Positions 7,641-17,083 are shown, counted from the first letter of the stretch. The stretch: DNA of 64,000 nucleotides from an uncultured Candidatus Saccharibacteria bacterium (GCA_964373675.1 CAYJVO010000002.1:3054-67053), one strand, 5' to 3'. The notes: generated by a model not told the origin, from the sequence alone. Numbers and translations: made by a program.

Positions 7641-8813
7641 TTATTTTTTCCTGTCCCAAGTAACTCTCGGCTGGATAATAGATATATCAATAAGGTGTTT
7701 GGCCTCCTTAATTTTCAAAAGCATGGAATTCACCAATTCCTCGGACAGCAATATCGGTTTTAACCCCAGTTTCAGCAAACTTTCGTTGGAAGGATTATAA
7801 TAGTGGTTCTCTTTTTCTACTCGGGGATTCTCTAATTTCTTAACAGCCACTGTCACTCCCAATTTGGCAGCTGAAGATTTTACTGTTTCTGCCAGCTGAC
7901 TGACGGAAAAAACTTCCGTAAATTGATTAAACACCCGAAACTCGCCTCTTTTAGCCGGATTTTCCACCGCTAACTGAACGCATTTTAAGGTATCACGAAT
8001 ATTCAGAAAACCCCGCTTCTGGCCGCCTAGACCGTAAACGGTCAGCGGTGTACCGACGACTGCTTGAACGCAAAATCTGTTTAATACTGTTCCAAAAACA
8101 TCGTCGTAATGAAAACTCGTCAAAAGATCGGGGTGAAGTTTGGTGCAATCGGTTTCAATTCCATAAACCACACCCTGATTAAGATCGGTAGCTCTCAACT
8201 TCCAAATACGGCAGGTAAATTCAATGTTGTGGCTGTCGTGAACCTTACTTAAATGATAAAACGAACCAGCACTTTTAGGATAAAGCATGCGGTCGTTACG
8301 TCCTTTATGATTAACATCTAACCAACCTTCTTCAATGTCTATATTGGGAGTGCCGTATTCGCCCATCGTCCCCAACTTCACTAAATGTGCGTCCGGAACA
8401 AATTTTTTCATCGCAAAAAGAACATTCAGGGTGCCGCTTATATTGTTTTCCTGCGTCAAAACGGCATTGCGTCGGCTGAACATTGAATAAGGCGCGGATG
8501 GCTGCTCGGCATAATGCACGATTGTCTGAGGACGAACTTCATCCATTATTTCAAAAAAGCGTCTTTCATTTTTCGCGATATCGGCAATAAAATATGAAAT
8601 TTTACGGCCGGCAACCTGCTCCCAAACATTTATCCGTTTCTGCAATGGAAGTGTAGACCAAAGAGGCATAGAACCAAACTCCGCTTCCCAAACTCTTTTT
8701 GCCATGCTATCAATGATTGCTACTTCGTAGCCAAGCGCGGAAAAATGCATTGCCGTCGGCCAGCCCAAATAGCCATCGCCGCCGAGAACGAGAATTTTAT
8801 GCGCTTCCATCAA
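7641..8813 (-). CDS. sqdB: UDP-sulfoquinovose synthase (SQD1/SqdB/Agl3 family)
   Basis: Near-collinear identity to SQD1 motifs: LGGDGYLGW, HYAEQPSAPYSM, VKLGTMGEYGTPNIDIEEGW, YPKSAGSFYHLSKVHDSHNI, ATDLNQGVVYG, LNRFCVQA and GEFRVFNQFTE. The protein is 390 aa. Confidence 0.85.
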   Translation of the reverse strand: MMEAHKILVLGGDGYLGWPTAMHFSALGYEVAIIDSMAKRVWEAEFGSMPLWSTLPLQKRINVWEQVAGRKISYFIADIAKNERRFFEIMDEVRPQTIVHYAEQPSAPYSMFSRRNAVLTQENNISGTLNVLFAMKKFVPDAHLVKLGTMGEYGTPNIDIEEGWLDVNHKGRNDRMLYPKSAGSFYHLSKVHDSHNIEFTCRIWKLRATDLNQGVVYGIETDCTKLHPDLLTSFHYDDVFGTVLNRFCVQAVVGTPLTVYGLGGQKRGFLNIRDTLKCVQLAVENPAKRGEFRVFNQFTEVFSVSQLAETVKSSAAKLGVTVAVKKLENPRVEKENHYYNPSNESLLKLGLKPILLSEELVNSMLLKIKEAKHLIDISIIQPRVTWDRKK

Positions 8814-8865
8814 CTCTCCTTGTAAGTTTGTTAAAGGACTAAAACCTATTCGTAAAGTTAATTTA

Positions 8866-8894
8866 AAAACAAAGGAGCGTCAATATTGACGCTC
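8866..8894 (-). terminator. rho-independent terminator downstream of the neuC-like gene
   Basis: On the minus strand, GAGCGTCAA-TAT-TGACGCTC is followed by CTTTGTTTTT. Confidence 0.6.
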
Positions 8895-8921
8895 TTTACA
8901 TAATTCATGCCCAGCAAGGGC

Positions 8922-10112
8922 TTAAATTCTAACATCGTTTTGAGAAATCAATTTCTTCCTAAAAAACCTGTCCTTATCTATTATAAAATTCTTCAAGACT
9001 TTAATTATTTTTTCTGATGCGCTTCCATCGCCAAACCCGTAACCGCAGCACGAGAGTTTCTTTTTAAACTGCGGATTTTGTAAAGCGTACTCCAACGCTC
9101 CCTTGATTGATTCAGGGGAAAGATCGGCATCAACAACATTTTCTTCCCGATCGCGTCCCATTTCTCTTTGGCCAATATTAATAGCTGGCAAATGGAAATA
9201 AGGCGCTTCCACAAAGGCACAAGAGGAATTGCCGATAATGGCTTTAGCATCCGCCATTAATCCAAGAAAATCCAAATTTTCAATATTTTTATAGACTGAG
9301 AACTGTTTATCGTTTTGGATTTCCGCAATCGCCTGCCGAATGCCTTCATAACCGGGATCCGAACACGGATAAATCACAATTGATCTGACGTTAGAGGGCC
9401 GGACAACGCTAAAAATATTTTTTGCTGTTTTATAATTTTCTTCCGTAGAGAGGTAAGTATCGGGATGGAAAATAACAATGAAATAATCGCTTTCATTAAG
9501 ACCGTATTTTTCTCTTGCTAATTTCGGATTAGTATACATCTTCTTTACAATCCGGTCTATATAAAGGGAGCCAACCATATAAATTCTCCACTGTTCTTCT
9601 CCAAGACCTATGATTCTTTGGGCTGCTTTTTCCGTCTCCGGAAAATGTATGTGGGCCAACTTTGTTATTGCGTGCCGCTGGATATCATCAATATTGCCGG
9701 AGGTCTCACCACCCTGCGTATGCGCAACAGCGATATTAAAATGAACCGCCGCCAATGCCATAACCAAATGCTCTCCCCTATCGCCGTGCACCATCAAAAT
9801 ATCCGGACGGAGTTTTTCTAAAACGCCGCCAGCCTGCTTAAGACATTCGCCAATATTCTCAACTCGGATTCTAGATGAATCTCCCCGTCCAGCGCCCATA
9901 GAAATTACCTCAATCAAACTATTTGGAAAATAGCTTCGAACCTCTCCTTGAGTCGCTCCAAATTCTTCCGAAGCGTGCATATCGCCCAAGAGAATCTGCA
10001 GTTCTAAATCCGAATCGTCATCAATAAGCCGCATTAAGGGCAAATAAGCGCCGAAGCCCCCCCGCTTACCGGAAAACACGCAGATCTTTCTTTTCGCCAA
10101 TTTTAAATACAC
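8922..10112 (-). CDS. neuC: UDP-N-acetylglucosamine 2-epimerase (hydrolysing), NeuC family
   Basis: HGDRGEHLVMALAAVHFNIAVAHTQGGETSGNIDDIQRHAITKLAH closely matches the NeuC signature HGDRFD...[22 protein letters not shown]. Confidence 0.75.
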   Translation of the reverse strand: MYLKLAKRKICVFSGKRGGFGAYLPLMRLIDDDSDLELQILLGDMHASEEFGATQGEVRSYFPNSLIEVISMGAGRGDSSRIRVENIGECLKQAGGVLEKLRPDILMVHGDRGEHLVMALAAVHFNIAVAHTQGGETSGNIDDIQRHAITKLAHIHFPETEKAAQRIIGLGEEQWRIYMVGSLYIDRIVKKMYTNPKLAREKYGLNESDYFIVIFHPDTYLSTEENYKTAKNIFSVVRPSNVRSIVIYPCSDPGYEGIRQAIAEIQNDKQFSVYKNIENLDFLGLMADAKAIIGNSSCAFVEAPYFHLPAINIGQREMGRDREENVVDADLSPESIKGALEYALQNPQFKKKLSCCGYGFGDGSASEKIIKVLKNFIIDKDRFFRKKLISQNDVRI

Positions 10113-10145
10113 TCAAACTGCTAATCGCAGTTTAGGCAAAAAGGA

Positions 10146-10871
10146 TTATTTTTGCAACACAAAAAAATAGTGATACTTATTCAATACCGGTTTTATTTCG
10201 CGCAAAATACGAAAATGCGAACCTAAAATTCGCCTGACCTTACCTAATCGGTAGTTCCAATAATCAATCTCCCAATAATGCTGACCAGAAACCTTGATGC
10301 CGCCGAACTTCAACGGAATACGCAGGAAAAAATCCAGAAAGGATTTTCTAAAAATAGTGCGTACGCCTGGAAATTTGAAAACCCATTCCCAACCAGTGGA
10401 TTTATAAGGCAAAGAAATCAAGGCGTAGCGCTTAGTCACGCGCCGTAATTCCGCCAGCGCCTTAGAAACCTCTTCAAACGGAATATGCTCTAAAACTTCA
10501 AAAGCCGTAACCACGTCAAATCCGCTTTCTTTAAATGGCAATGAGCGTATGTCTGCCACCACATCCGGATTTAAATTCTTATCAAAATCGCAGGTCGTCA
10601 AATTATAGCCCAGCTTTTTCATATAGTCCGAGAAAAACCCGCTGCCCTTCCCAATCTCCAAAATTTTAAATTTGCGATTCAAAACATCCGAATTCCATTC
10701 GAATGATTCTAAACCATCTTTGTTTTTGGATAATTCTAATGTATTCGAATTTTTTGAATCGCATTCCGCAATCTCTTGCACAAGACTAACTTGATAATAA
10801 TAAGAAATAAACCGCTCGAGGTCATCATACTTACGCCGAAAATAATGTTCTTTTTCAACTTGTGGGTTCAT
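10146..10871 (-). CDS. class I SAM-dependent methyltransferase carrying the in-frame 89-bp repeat
   Basis: ILEIGKGSGFFSDYMKKLGYNLTTCDFD is MTase motif I. Residues DSKNSNTLELSKNKDGLESFEWNSD are encoded by the repeat at 10674-10762. Confidence 0.6.
   Translation of the reverse strand: MNPQVEKEHYFRRKYDDLERFISYYYQVSLVQEIAECDSKNSNTLELSKNKDGLESFEWNSDVLNRKFKILEIGKGSGFFSDYMKKLGYNLTTCDFDKNLNPDVVADIRSLPFKESGFDVVTAFEVLEHIPFEEVSKALAELRRVTKRYALISLPYKSTGWEWVFKFPGVRTIFRKSFLDFFLRIPLKFGGIKVSGQHYWEIDYWNYRLGKVRRILGSHFRILREIKPVLNKYHYFFVLQK
10674..10762. mobile_element. 89-bp MITE-like repeat, copy 2, in-frame inside the methyltransferase CDS
   Basis: 11-bp terminal inverted repeats GCGATTCAAAA / TTTTGAATCGC. 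The host proteins are unrelated, but the repeat translates to nearly the same peptide in both. Confidence 0.65.
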
Positions 10872-10890
10872 GAAACCTATTGGCTAAACC

Positions 10891-11595
10891 CTAGTGGCTA
10901 TTGGCTTTGTGGATTATAAATGAATTCCCATGCCAAGAATATTTGTGGAACTCGGTCGCGCTGAATTGCGGATATTTCTTCAACCACTCTCGAAATGCCA
11001 GCTGCTCGCCGGCATTCGGGTTGCCCCGGAAAAGAAACCAATCATCAAAAACTATAACCGTCCCAGCAACTATATAATCCTTAACAAATTCCAGCACCGG
11101 CACCGTTGACTCATATAAATCGCAATCTACCCAAATCACGGCCGCAGATTTCATCGGCAGCTTTTTCCTGGTGTCCGCGGTTAGCGTTTCGTTAAACCAG
11201 CCGGGAATAATTTCCACTTTGCTAAAATCAACTCCTGCCGCTTTAAGGTTATTCTTGAAAAGACCCAGCGAGGCAGAATATTCGCCTTTAGAAAACTGAG
11301 TAAATTCCGCATCCTTTCCCCGTATATCCGGCAGCCCCTCAAAAGAATCGAAGGCGTAAAACCGCATTTCTTGAAGATGCTTATTTTTCTGCGCCCACCG
11401 GCAAGCCGCGGCAAAAGTCCCGCCTCGGAAAACCCCGAACTCCAAATAATCTCCGGGTAGGCGAGCTTCCGCGACATAGTTCATAATTTTACGCAAAATT
11501 TCCTGCTTATCCCGCTCTTTTGGAGATAAACGTAAAAATTCCAGCCCCGGAAATCGCCTTTCTAACCAATGAAAAATTGCTTTAAAGACGGCCAT
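10891..11595 (-). CDS. TylF/MycF-family (macrocin O-methyltransferase-like) SAM methyltransferase
   Basis: LPGDYLEFGVFRGGTFAAACRW and VIWVDCDLYESTVPVLEFV match the TylF family. Confidence 0.7.
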   Translation of the reverse strand: MAVFKAIFHWLERRFPGLEFLRLSPKERDKQEILRKIMNYVAEARLPGDYLEFGVFRGGTFAAACRWAQKNKHLQEMRFYAFDSFEGLPDIRGKDAEFTQFSKGEYSASLGLFKNNLKAAGVDFSKVEIIPGWFNETLTADTRKKLPMKSAAVIWVDCDLYESTVPVLEFVKDYIVAGTVIVFDDWFLFRGNPNAGEQLAFREWLKKYPQFSATEFHKYSWHGNSFIIHKANSH

Positions 11596-11812
11596 GCTTT
11601 TTTAATAAATTTTTAATGTCGCCGACATTTTTCACCTTCGCCATTTCCTCAATAACAATCTTCAATCCGTATTCCCTTTCCAGCGTCTCCCAAAGCTTTA
11701 ATCCGTTAAACGAATCCCAGCTTGATAAATTATCCGGACTGGTTTGATCCGTAATTTTTTCCGGCTTAACTCCAAAAACTCCCGCTAAAATTTCTTCTAA
11801 AGATTTATGCAT
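11582..11812 (-). CDS. acyl carrier protein
   Basis: 76 aa with LSSWDSFNGLKLWETLEREYGL, a DS phosphopantetheine-attachment motif in a helix II-like context. Confidence 0.65.
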   Translation of the reverse strand: MHKSLEEILAGVFGVKPEKITDQTSPDNLSSWDSFNGLKLWETLEREYGLKIVIEEMAKVKNVGDIKNLLKKHGRL

Positions 11813-11927
11813 CCCGTTAGAAGCAGATCGCGATCTGCGATTGGCTGGATATTATTTTATATAAACAATTTTTCATTTTTATAAGATTTTGGCAGTCTAT
11901 AAAGCGATCGCGGCTTCTAACGGGATC
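11810..11927. mobile_element. inverted-repeat cassette, family B copy 1 (CATCCCGTTAGAAGC...GCTTCTAACGGGATC) with internal promoter facing the ACP gene
   Basis: Arms at 11810-11832 and 11905-11927 are inverted repeats. The terminal CAT of the left arm is the ACP start codon. On the minus strand the interior reads TTATAA-17 nt-TATAAA about 35 nt upstream of the ATG. Confidence 0.6.
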
Positions 11928-11939
11928 TTGTTTCAAGAT

Positions 11940-13613
11940 TTATGATTCGTAATCTGCTGTAGAAAGATCGCCCAGATCGGCGCCAGTCTCCTGGGCCCGA
12001 AGCACTCGGCGCATAATCTTTCCGCTGCGAGTCTTGGGTAATTTACTGACGAACTCAATCTCTCGCGGCACTTCGTGTACTGATAAATGTTTTTTCACAA
12101 ATTGCATCAGCTCACTCTTCAACGCCTCACCGGCTTCCGAACCAGACTTGAGCATCACGAACGCCTTAACGACATTGCCATATAATTCGTGGGGCTTTCC
12201 GATCACGCCGGCCTCCGCCACCGCCGGATGGGCCACCAACGTGCTTTCAATTTCAAAAGGACTAATCCGTTCAGCGGCACTCTTAATCATATCGTCTTCC
12301 CGACCCTGGAACCAAATATATCCCTCCCCATCCTTATAGGCCGTATCGCCAGAAATATACCACCCATCCTCAAAATAGGAATCAAACTTTTTTGGATTGT
12401 TCCAAATTGTTTTCATCAACCCTGGCCATGGAATTTTTACCGCTAAGCGACCAACCTCACCGGGCGGCAGCTCTTTGCCTTGATGATCAATAATCGCAGC
12501 CACGATACCCGGAATTGGTTTTCCCATTGATCCTTTCTTAATAGGCAAACAACGATAGTTATTAATAAGCTGGTGGCCATTCTCCGTCATATACCAAGAA
12601 TCATGTATTGATATTCCTAAACTATCCATCGTCCAGTCAATTAAGCTCGGGTTCAGTGGCTCGCCAGCGCTCACAATATGACGCAACGCCGGATGGTTTT
12701 CTTTATTTATCGGTGTGTTGTAGTAACGGAGCAGACGAAAGGCGGTCGGCGTGCTGTACCAAACGCTGATCCTCATTTTTTCCATGAACTCCGCCCAAGC
12801 CAACGACTGAAATTGGCCTTCATAAATATGCGCCGCCACCCCGCAAAGAAGCGGGGCAAAAAAATTGTAGACCATCCCCGTTACCCACCCAGGATCTCCG
12901 GTATTCCAATACCGATCTTCCGCATGAAGGTCCAATACATATTTAGCAGTGACCAGATGGCCAATCATGGCGCGATTAACCAGCAAGACACCCTTTGGCT
13001 TGGCCGTAGAGCCAGAAGTGTAATGAATAATAAACGGTGTTTCCAGATCGCCAAAGTACAATGCTCTTGGGTCGATTGACGTTTTTACGGCTTCCGAAAT
13101 TTTTTCTGGCGTTAAAATATTTTTCAATGCCGGCAGCTTATTCAAGGGAACATTAGGCCGAAGTTTTTCAGTAGTATAAATCCAAGTGGCTGAACAGTCT
13201 CCTAACCGATCCTCAATAGCGTCGGCGCCAAAAGCCTCAAAAAGCGGCACCGCGATCGCGCCGCACTTAATAGTGGCATGCAATACCGCCACGTATTCTA
13301 TGGAACGCGGCGCGTACAAAGCAAAACGATCACCGGGCCGCAAACCGTTTTGGTAAAAAAAGGACGCCAGCCGATCGGTTTTCTCTGCCAGTTCCTGAAA
13401 AGTAATCTGCTGGGCGACTCCATCAGCGCGCTGGGAAATAATCGCCGGCCGATCGCCGTTTCCTTTAACTGCCTGAACATTCGTAATTTCGTAAGCGTAA
13501 TTTACTTTGCCGTTGGCGTGCCAAGAAAATTCTTGGTGCCAATCCTGCCAAGAAAATCGTTTATATTCCGCTTCGTAATCCTTAAAATTAGGAGCTAGAT
13601 CCATCTTTTGCAT
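11940..13613 (-). CDS. AMP-dependent synthetase/ligase (acetyl/acetoacetyl-CoA synthetase-like)
   Basis: IIHYTSGSTAKPKGV is the AMP-binding motif, and the protein has an Acs-like N-terminus. The long ORF to 13700 overlaps the upstream gene, so start at the Met near 13613 (MQKMDLAPNF) is preferred. Confidence 0.7.
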   Translation of the reverse strand: MQKMDLAPNFKDYEAEYKRFSWQDWHQEFSWHANGKVNYAYEITNVQAVKGNGDRPAIISQRADGVAQQITFQELAEKTDRLASFFYQNGLRPGDRFALYAPRSIEYVAVLHATIKCGAIAVPLFEAFGADAIEDRLGDCSATWIYTTEKLRPNVPLNKLPALKNILTPEKISEAVKTSIDPRALYFGDLETPFIIHYTSGSTAKPKGVLLVNRAMIGHLVTAKYVLDLHAEDRYWNTGDPGWVTGMVYNFFAPLLCGVAAHIYEGQFQSLAWAEFMEKMRISVWYSTPTAFRLLRYYNTPINKENHPALRHIVSAGEPLNPSLIDWTMDSLGISIHDSWYMTENGHQLINNYRCLPIKKGSMGKPIPGIVAAIIDHQGKELPPGEVGRLAVKIPWPGLMKTIWNNPKKFDSYFEDGWYISGDTAYKDGEGYIWFQGREDDMIKSAAERISPFEIESTLVAHPAVAEAGVIGKPHELYGNVVKAFVMLKSGSEAGEALKSELMQFVKKHLSVHEVPREIEFVSKLPKTRSGKIMRRVLRAQETGADLGDLSTADYES

Positions 13614-13659
13614 ATGTGCATATTGTAACGATTTTTTTGTATTTACGCAACAAAAAAGC

Positions 13660-14616
13660 CTACTCTTGAGTAGGCTCATACGAATACTTAATGATGTCAT
13701 AGTGAAGCGCCTTCATTAAGGAATAGAGGGTTTCGTTCACGGGCACACTAAGGCCATGCTTTCTTGCCAATTGGACGACTTTTCCCACAAAGCTTTCGTA
13801 CTCTAATTTTCGTTTCCGCAATCGTACATCTCTTTGGGTAGAGCTGACATATTCATTAAACGACTTCCCTGAATCTAAAACATAATTTACGTCATCCGGT
13901 GTTAAAACCACTCCTTCGGCTCGGCCAACCGCCACTACCTCCGCCATCAGCTTATCCAGCATTACCGCTGACTCGGAACATTCATGAAAACGATTAAAGG
14001 GAAGGTTGCAAACTGCCGTTGGAATATTGATGGTACAATTCCATAAAAATTTTCTCCACATCGCTCTTCGGATATCCGGCGGATTAAATACTGGTATATT
14101 GGCTTTTCTAAATGTGTCATTAATGGCTGAGACGCGTCTTGAAACTTCGCCATTCCATTCGCTAAAATAAATTTCCCCTTTACTGCCATGGTCAACTGTT
14201 CCTTCAGGATGGTTAACGGAAACGCCTACTAAAGTAAAGCCGGGCAAAACCTTTTCCTGGCCAATCACTGCTCCAATTCTCTCTGGATTGTCAATGCCAT
14301 TTTGAATCGTCAGAACCAATGTATCCTTCCCAACCACTGACTTAATCGCCTGCGCGGCTTCATCGGTGTCATGGGACTTAACTGTAAATAAAATAAGGTC
14401 GGCTTCTGGCAATCCATCAAGGGTGTCTCGGAAATTTGCCGGACTAATGTCAAAATTGCCAGTACGGCTGCGTACCCGAATCCCATGCCTGCGGAAATGA
14501 ACCAAATTCTGTCCGCGGGTAATAAAAGTTACATCGTATCCTGCCCGAACTAATAAGGCACCGAAATAAGCTCCGACTGCTCCGGCGCCCATTATATAAA
14601 TCCTGTTCATCAACAC
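13660..14616 (-). CDS. 2-dehydropantoate 2-reductase (PanE/ApbA)-family NAD(P) oxidoreductase
   Basis: MNRIYIMGAGAVGAYFGALLVRAGYDV is an N-terminal Rossmann motif. The 318-aa length matches the ApbA N- plus C-domain. Confidence 0.65.
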   Translation of the reverse strand: MLMNRIYIMGAGAVGAYFGALLVRAGYDVTFITRGQNLVHFRRHGIRVRSRTGNFDISPANFRDTLDGLPEADLILFTVKSHDTDEAAQAIKSVVGKDTLVLTIQNGIDNPERIGAVIGQEKVLPGFTLVGVSVNHPEGTVDHGSKGEIYFSEWNGEVSRRVSAINDTFRKANIPVFNPPDIRRAMWRKFLWNCTINIPTAVCNLPFNRFHECSESAVMLDKLMAEVVAVGRAEGVVLTPDDVNYVLDSGKSFNEYVSSTQRDVRLRKRKLEYESFVGKVVQLARKHGLSVPVNETLYSLMKALHYDIIKYSYEPTQE

Positions 14617-14655
14617 CTCGTATTCAAAGGATGCTCACTTTATCGTATAGAAAAA

Positions 14656-15114
14656 CTATTTCCTTGGCAAATTGATCCTATAAAAATTCGTCTCCGCTCT
14701 GGAAAACCCCATTGCTTGATACATCTTATTCGCCTCAACCCGCTTCGGATTGGTCCGCAAACTGATATGCTTAGCCCCGAATTTTTCCGCCGTTTCAATA
14801 GCGGTTTTCAAAATAGCCGGCCCGATACCAGTCAAACGATAATCGCGATCCGCTACTAAATCCTCCAGCTCGGCGATTAAACCAGTCGGCAATTGTGTAA
14901 AATAAAGAAATCCCATACCAACAATTTGGGGCCCATTTTTAACAACTAGAAGGCGGCCGCTGTCTTGATTCAACAACTTTATAAAATCGGTTTCACTAAG
15001 CGGCTTAGGAGGCACAGCGGTCAACCCTAGCTGACCTATTAAAATGTTTACATCGCGAAGCGCCTCGGCGCTATATTCTTTTAATTGTTCCACTTGCATA
15101 AAGGTTACCTTCAT
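14656..15114 (-). CDS. GNAT-family N-acetyltransferase
   Basis: 152 aa with a GNAT-like acetyl-CoA-binding region (QIVGMGFLY...RLTGIGPAILKTAIE). Confidence 0.6.
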   Translation of the reverse strand: MKVTFMQVEQLKEYSAEALRDVNILIGQLGLTAVPPKPLSETDFIKLLNQDSGRLLVVKNGPQIVGMGFLYFTQLPTGLIAELEDLVADRDYRLTGIGPAILKTAIETAEKFGAKHISLRTNPKRVEANKMYQAMGFSRAETNFYRINLPRK

Positions 15115-15177
15115 ATTCTAATGAATTTTATTCGTAAAATCAATGGAGTTTTCTAAAAATTATGGTAAATTAAGAAC

Positions 15178-15630
15178 ATGAAACTAAAGTTGTTTTTGGC
15201 ATTCTCCGCTCTTTTAGTCGGCTTTCTTTATATCCTGCCCCCGCTTTTTGTTAAAGCTCATCTGGAAAAATCCGGCCAGGTTTTCGCTCTGAATTTTGAT
15301 GTCTATCGCGATGAGCTCTTCTATTTATCCCGCGCTCGGGAAATCTATGACGGCCACTTCCCGCCCAGTGACCTCTACTACAATGGGAAAAAACCAACTG
15401 TTCAGAATCCGCTTCCCTCTTTAATTTTGGCCGGGCTCATCTATCTTTGGAAAGGCAATATAGTCATCGCCTACCTTACCGCTCAGTTCATCTTCACGCC
15501 AATCATCTTCCTGCTTCTGTATATTCTCGGCAAACAACTGTTTCAATCTCCGCTCTGGGCAATCGCTTTTGCCTACATTACAGTACTTACGCCAATGGCG
15601 TTGCGTGTTTTAAATTTCCATGGAGCTTAG
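15178..15630 (+). CDS. polytopic membrane protein, N-terminal segment (possible frameshift with following ORF)
   Basis: Hydrophobic 150-aa ORF that overlaps the next ORF by 11 nt in the +1 frame. Confidence 0.4.
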   Translation: MKLKLFLAFSALLVGFLYILPPLFVKAHLEKSGQVFALNFDVYRDELFYLSRAREIYDGHFPPSDLYYNGKKPTVQNPLPSLILAGLIYLWKGNIVIAYLTAQFIFTPIIFLLLYILGKQLFQSPLWAIAFAYITVLTPMALRVLNFHGA

Positions 15631-17083
15631 CTTCGGTCAAATTTTCACAGACACGAACAATGACGGCTTCCACGAGTCTCTCCGGGAATTTTTTGGCTAT
15701 TTCGTCAAACAATTTATACCGTTGGTCCAAACTCAAATAGAAAAACTTTATTTTGCCAGATTGGACTACCCTCTGCTGGTTTTTCCGTTATACCTCGCGG
15801 CCATCATCGGACTAATAGCTTTTTGGAAAAAACCTTCCTACAAAACCGCTATTCTGGCCGCCATTCCGGCCGGCCTGCTTTTTTATTCTTATTTCCACTA
15901 CTGGGTTTATTGGTGCATCGTGATCGGATTAATTACTCTGTATGCCATCATTTTTGAACGTCGGAATAAAACCCTAATTCGTTCATTGGCTATTCTCCTC
16001 GGCATTCTGGCAATAATTTCTATCCCTTACTTTGTAAATTATTTTTCTTTCAAAAATACCCCCGGAGCGTATGATTTGGCGTTAAGATTTGGTATTGCCT
16101 CAGGACGCTCTCTCGCCTTGGCAACGATGGGGTGGACTTATATTAGTTACGCAATACTGGCAATAGCAATCTACTTTGTATACTTCAGGAAAGGGCATAA
16201 AAATATCGCCGTGCTTTTTTGGATATTTTTAGTTGCCATGGTCACAATTTGGAACGTACAAATCATAATTGGATTTTCACCAACACCCAATAATTGGCGC
16301 AGAACAGTCAGCCCTATTTTATTCATCATCATCATCCATCTTATTTATACGCTTTCGCGGCGGGCAGAATTACGTTGGCCTCGTTTAAAACCAATTATTA
16401 TCGGGGTGTTGATATTAGCAACCTCGGGGGTCGCTCTTAAAAAGATTGTGAACGCCGTGCAAATTGTCCGTCAACCCGAACAACGAATCTTAACCGGCCA
16501 AACTCTGCCAAATGAACTTTTGGCCTCCTGGCAATGGCTGAACGGACAAACAATCCGCGAACCGAGAGTCGCTACAAATTCTTTCATGACTTCGCTTTAT
16601 CTCACCGCTTACACTGACGCGCGGCCAACCCTGCCCCATGCCGTTCTCTCATTACAATCTACTCAAGAACTCGAGAATCATTTTCTTGAAATGAACAAAA
16701 TTTTTGGTGTATCGCCTGAAACCTTGGAACAGGTGCTTTTAAAAACTTACATCCCGCCTTGCCATCCGGCTTGTACGCCTAATAGTGAAGACAACGTTCG
16801 CAAACCTACGTGGCACCTCTATGCGCACTTTTTCCGGACTGGTGACGTCAATGCCTATATCAATAATCCTAAAGATATTGATAGTGCCTATATTAAAAAA
16901 CTGCGGGGCAGATACGAAGCTATGAGAGTTAATCCTGAATCGGTATTAAAAGATGTAAAGTATATTTATTACGGCCCCTGGGAACAAGAACTAGGAGCAA
17001 AATTAACGACGGAGTTGAAAAAACGTTTCGAGCTGGTATATAAAAATAGTCTGGTAGAAATTTATCGCCGTAAAAAAACATGA
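15620..17083 (+). CDS. polytopic membrane protein (GT-C / O-antigen-polymerase-like fold plausible), C-terminal segment
   Basis: 487 aa with more than 8 predicted TM helices followed by a soluble C-terminal domain. Adjacent to glycan genes. Confidence 0.4.
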   Translation: MELSFGQIFTDTNNDGFHESLREFFGYFVKQFIPLVQTQIEKLYFARLDYPLLVFPLYLAAIIGLIAFWKKPSYKTAILAAIPAGLLFYSYFHYWVYWCIVIGLITLYAIIFERRNKTLIRSLAILLGILAIISIPYFVNYFSFKNTPGAYDLALRFGIASGRSLALATMGWTYISYAILAIAIYFVYFRKGHKNIAVLFWIFLVAMVTIWNVQIIIGFSPTPNNWRRTVSPILFIIIIHLIYTLSRRAELRWPRLKPIIIGVLILATSGVALKKIVNAVQIVRQPEQRILTGQTLPNELLASWQWLNGQTIREPRVATNSFMTSLYLTAYTDARPTLPHAVLSLQSTQELENHFLEMNKIFGVSPETLEQVLLKTYIPPCHPACTPNSEDNVRKPTWHLYAHFFRTGDVNAYINNPKDIDSAYIKKLRGRYEAMRVNPESVLKDVKYIYYGPWEQELGAKLTTELKKRFELVYKNSLVEIYRRKKT

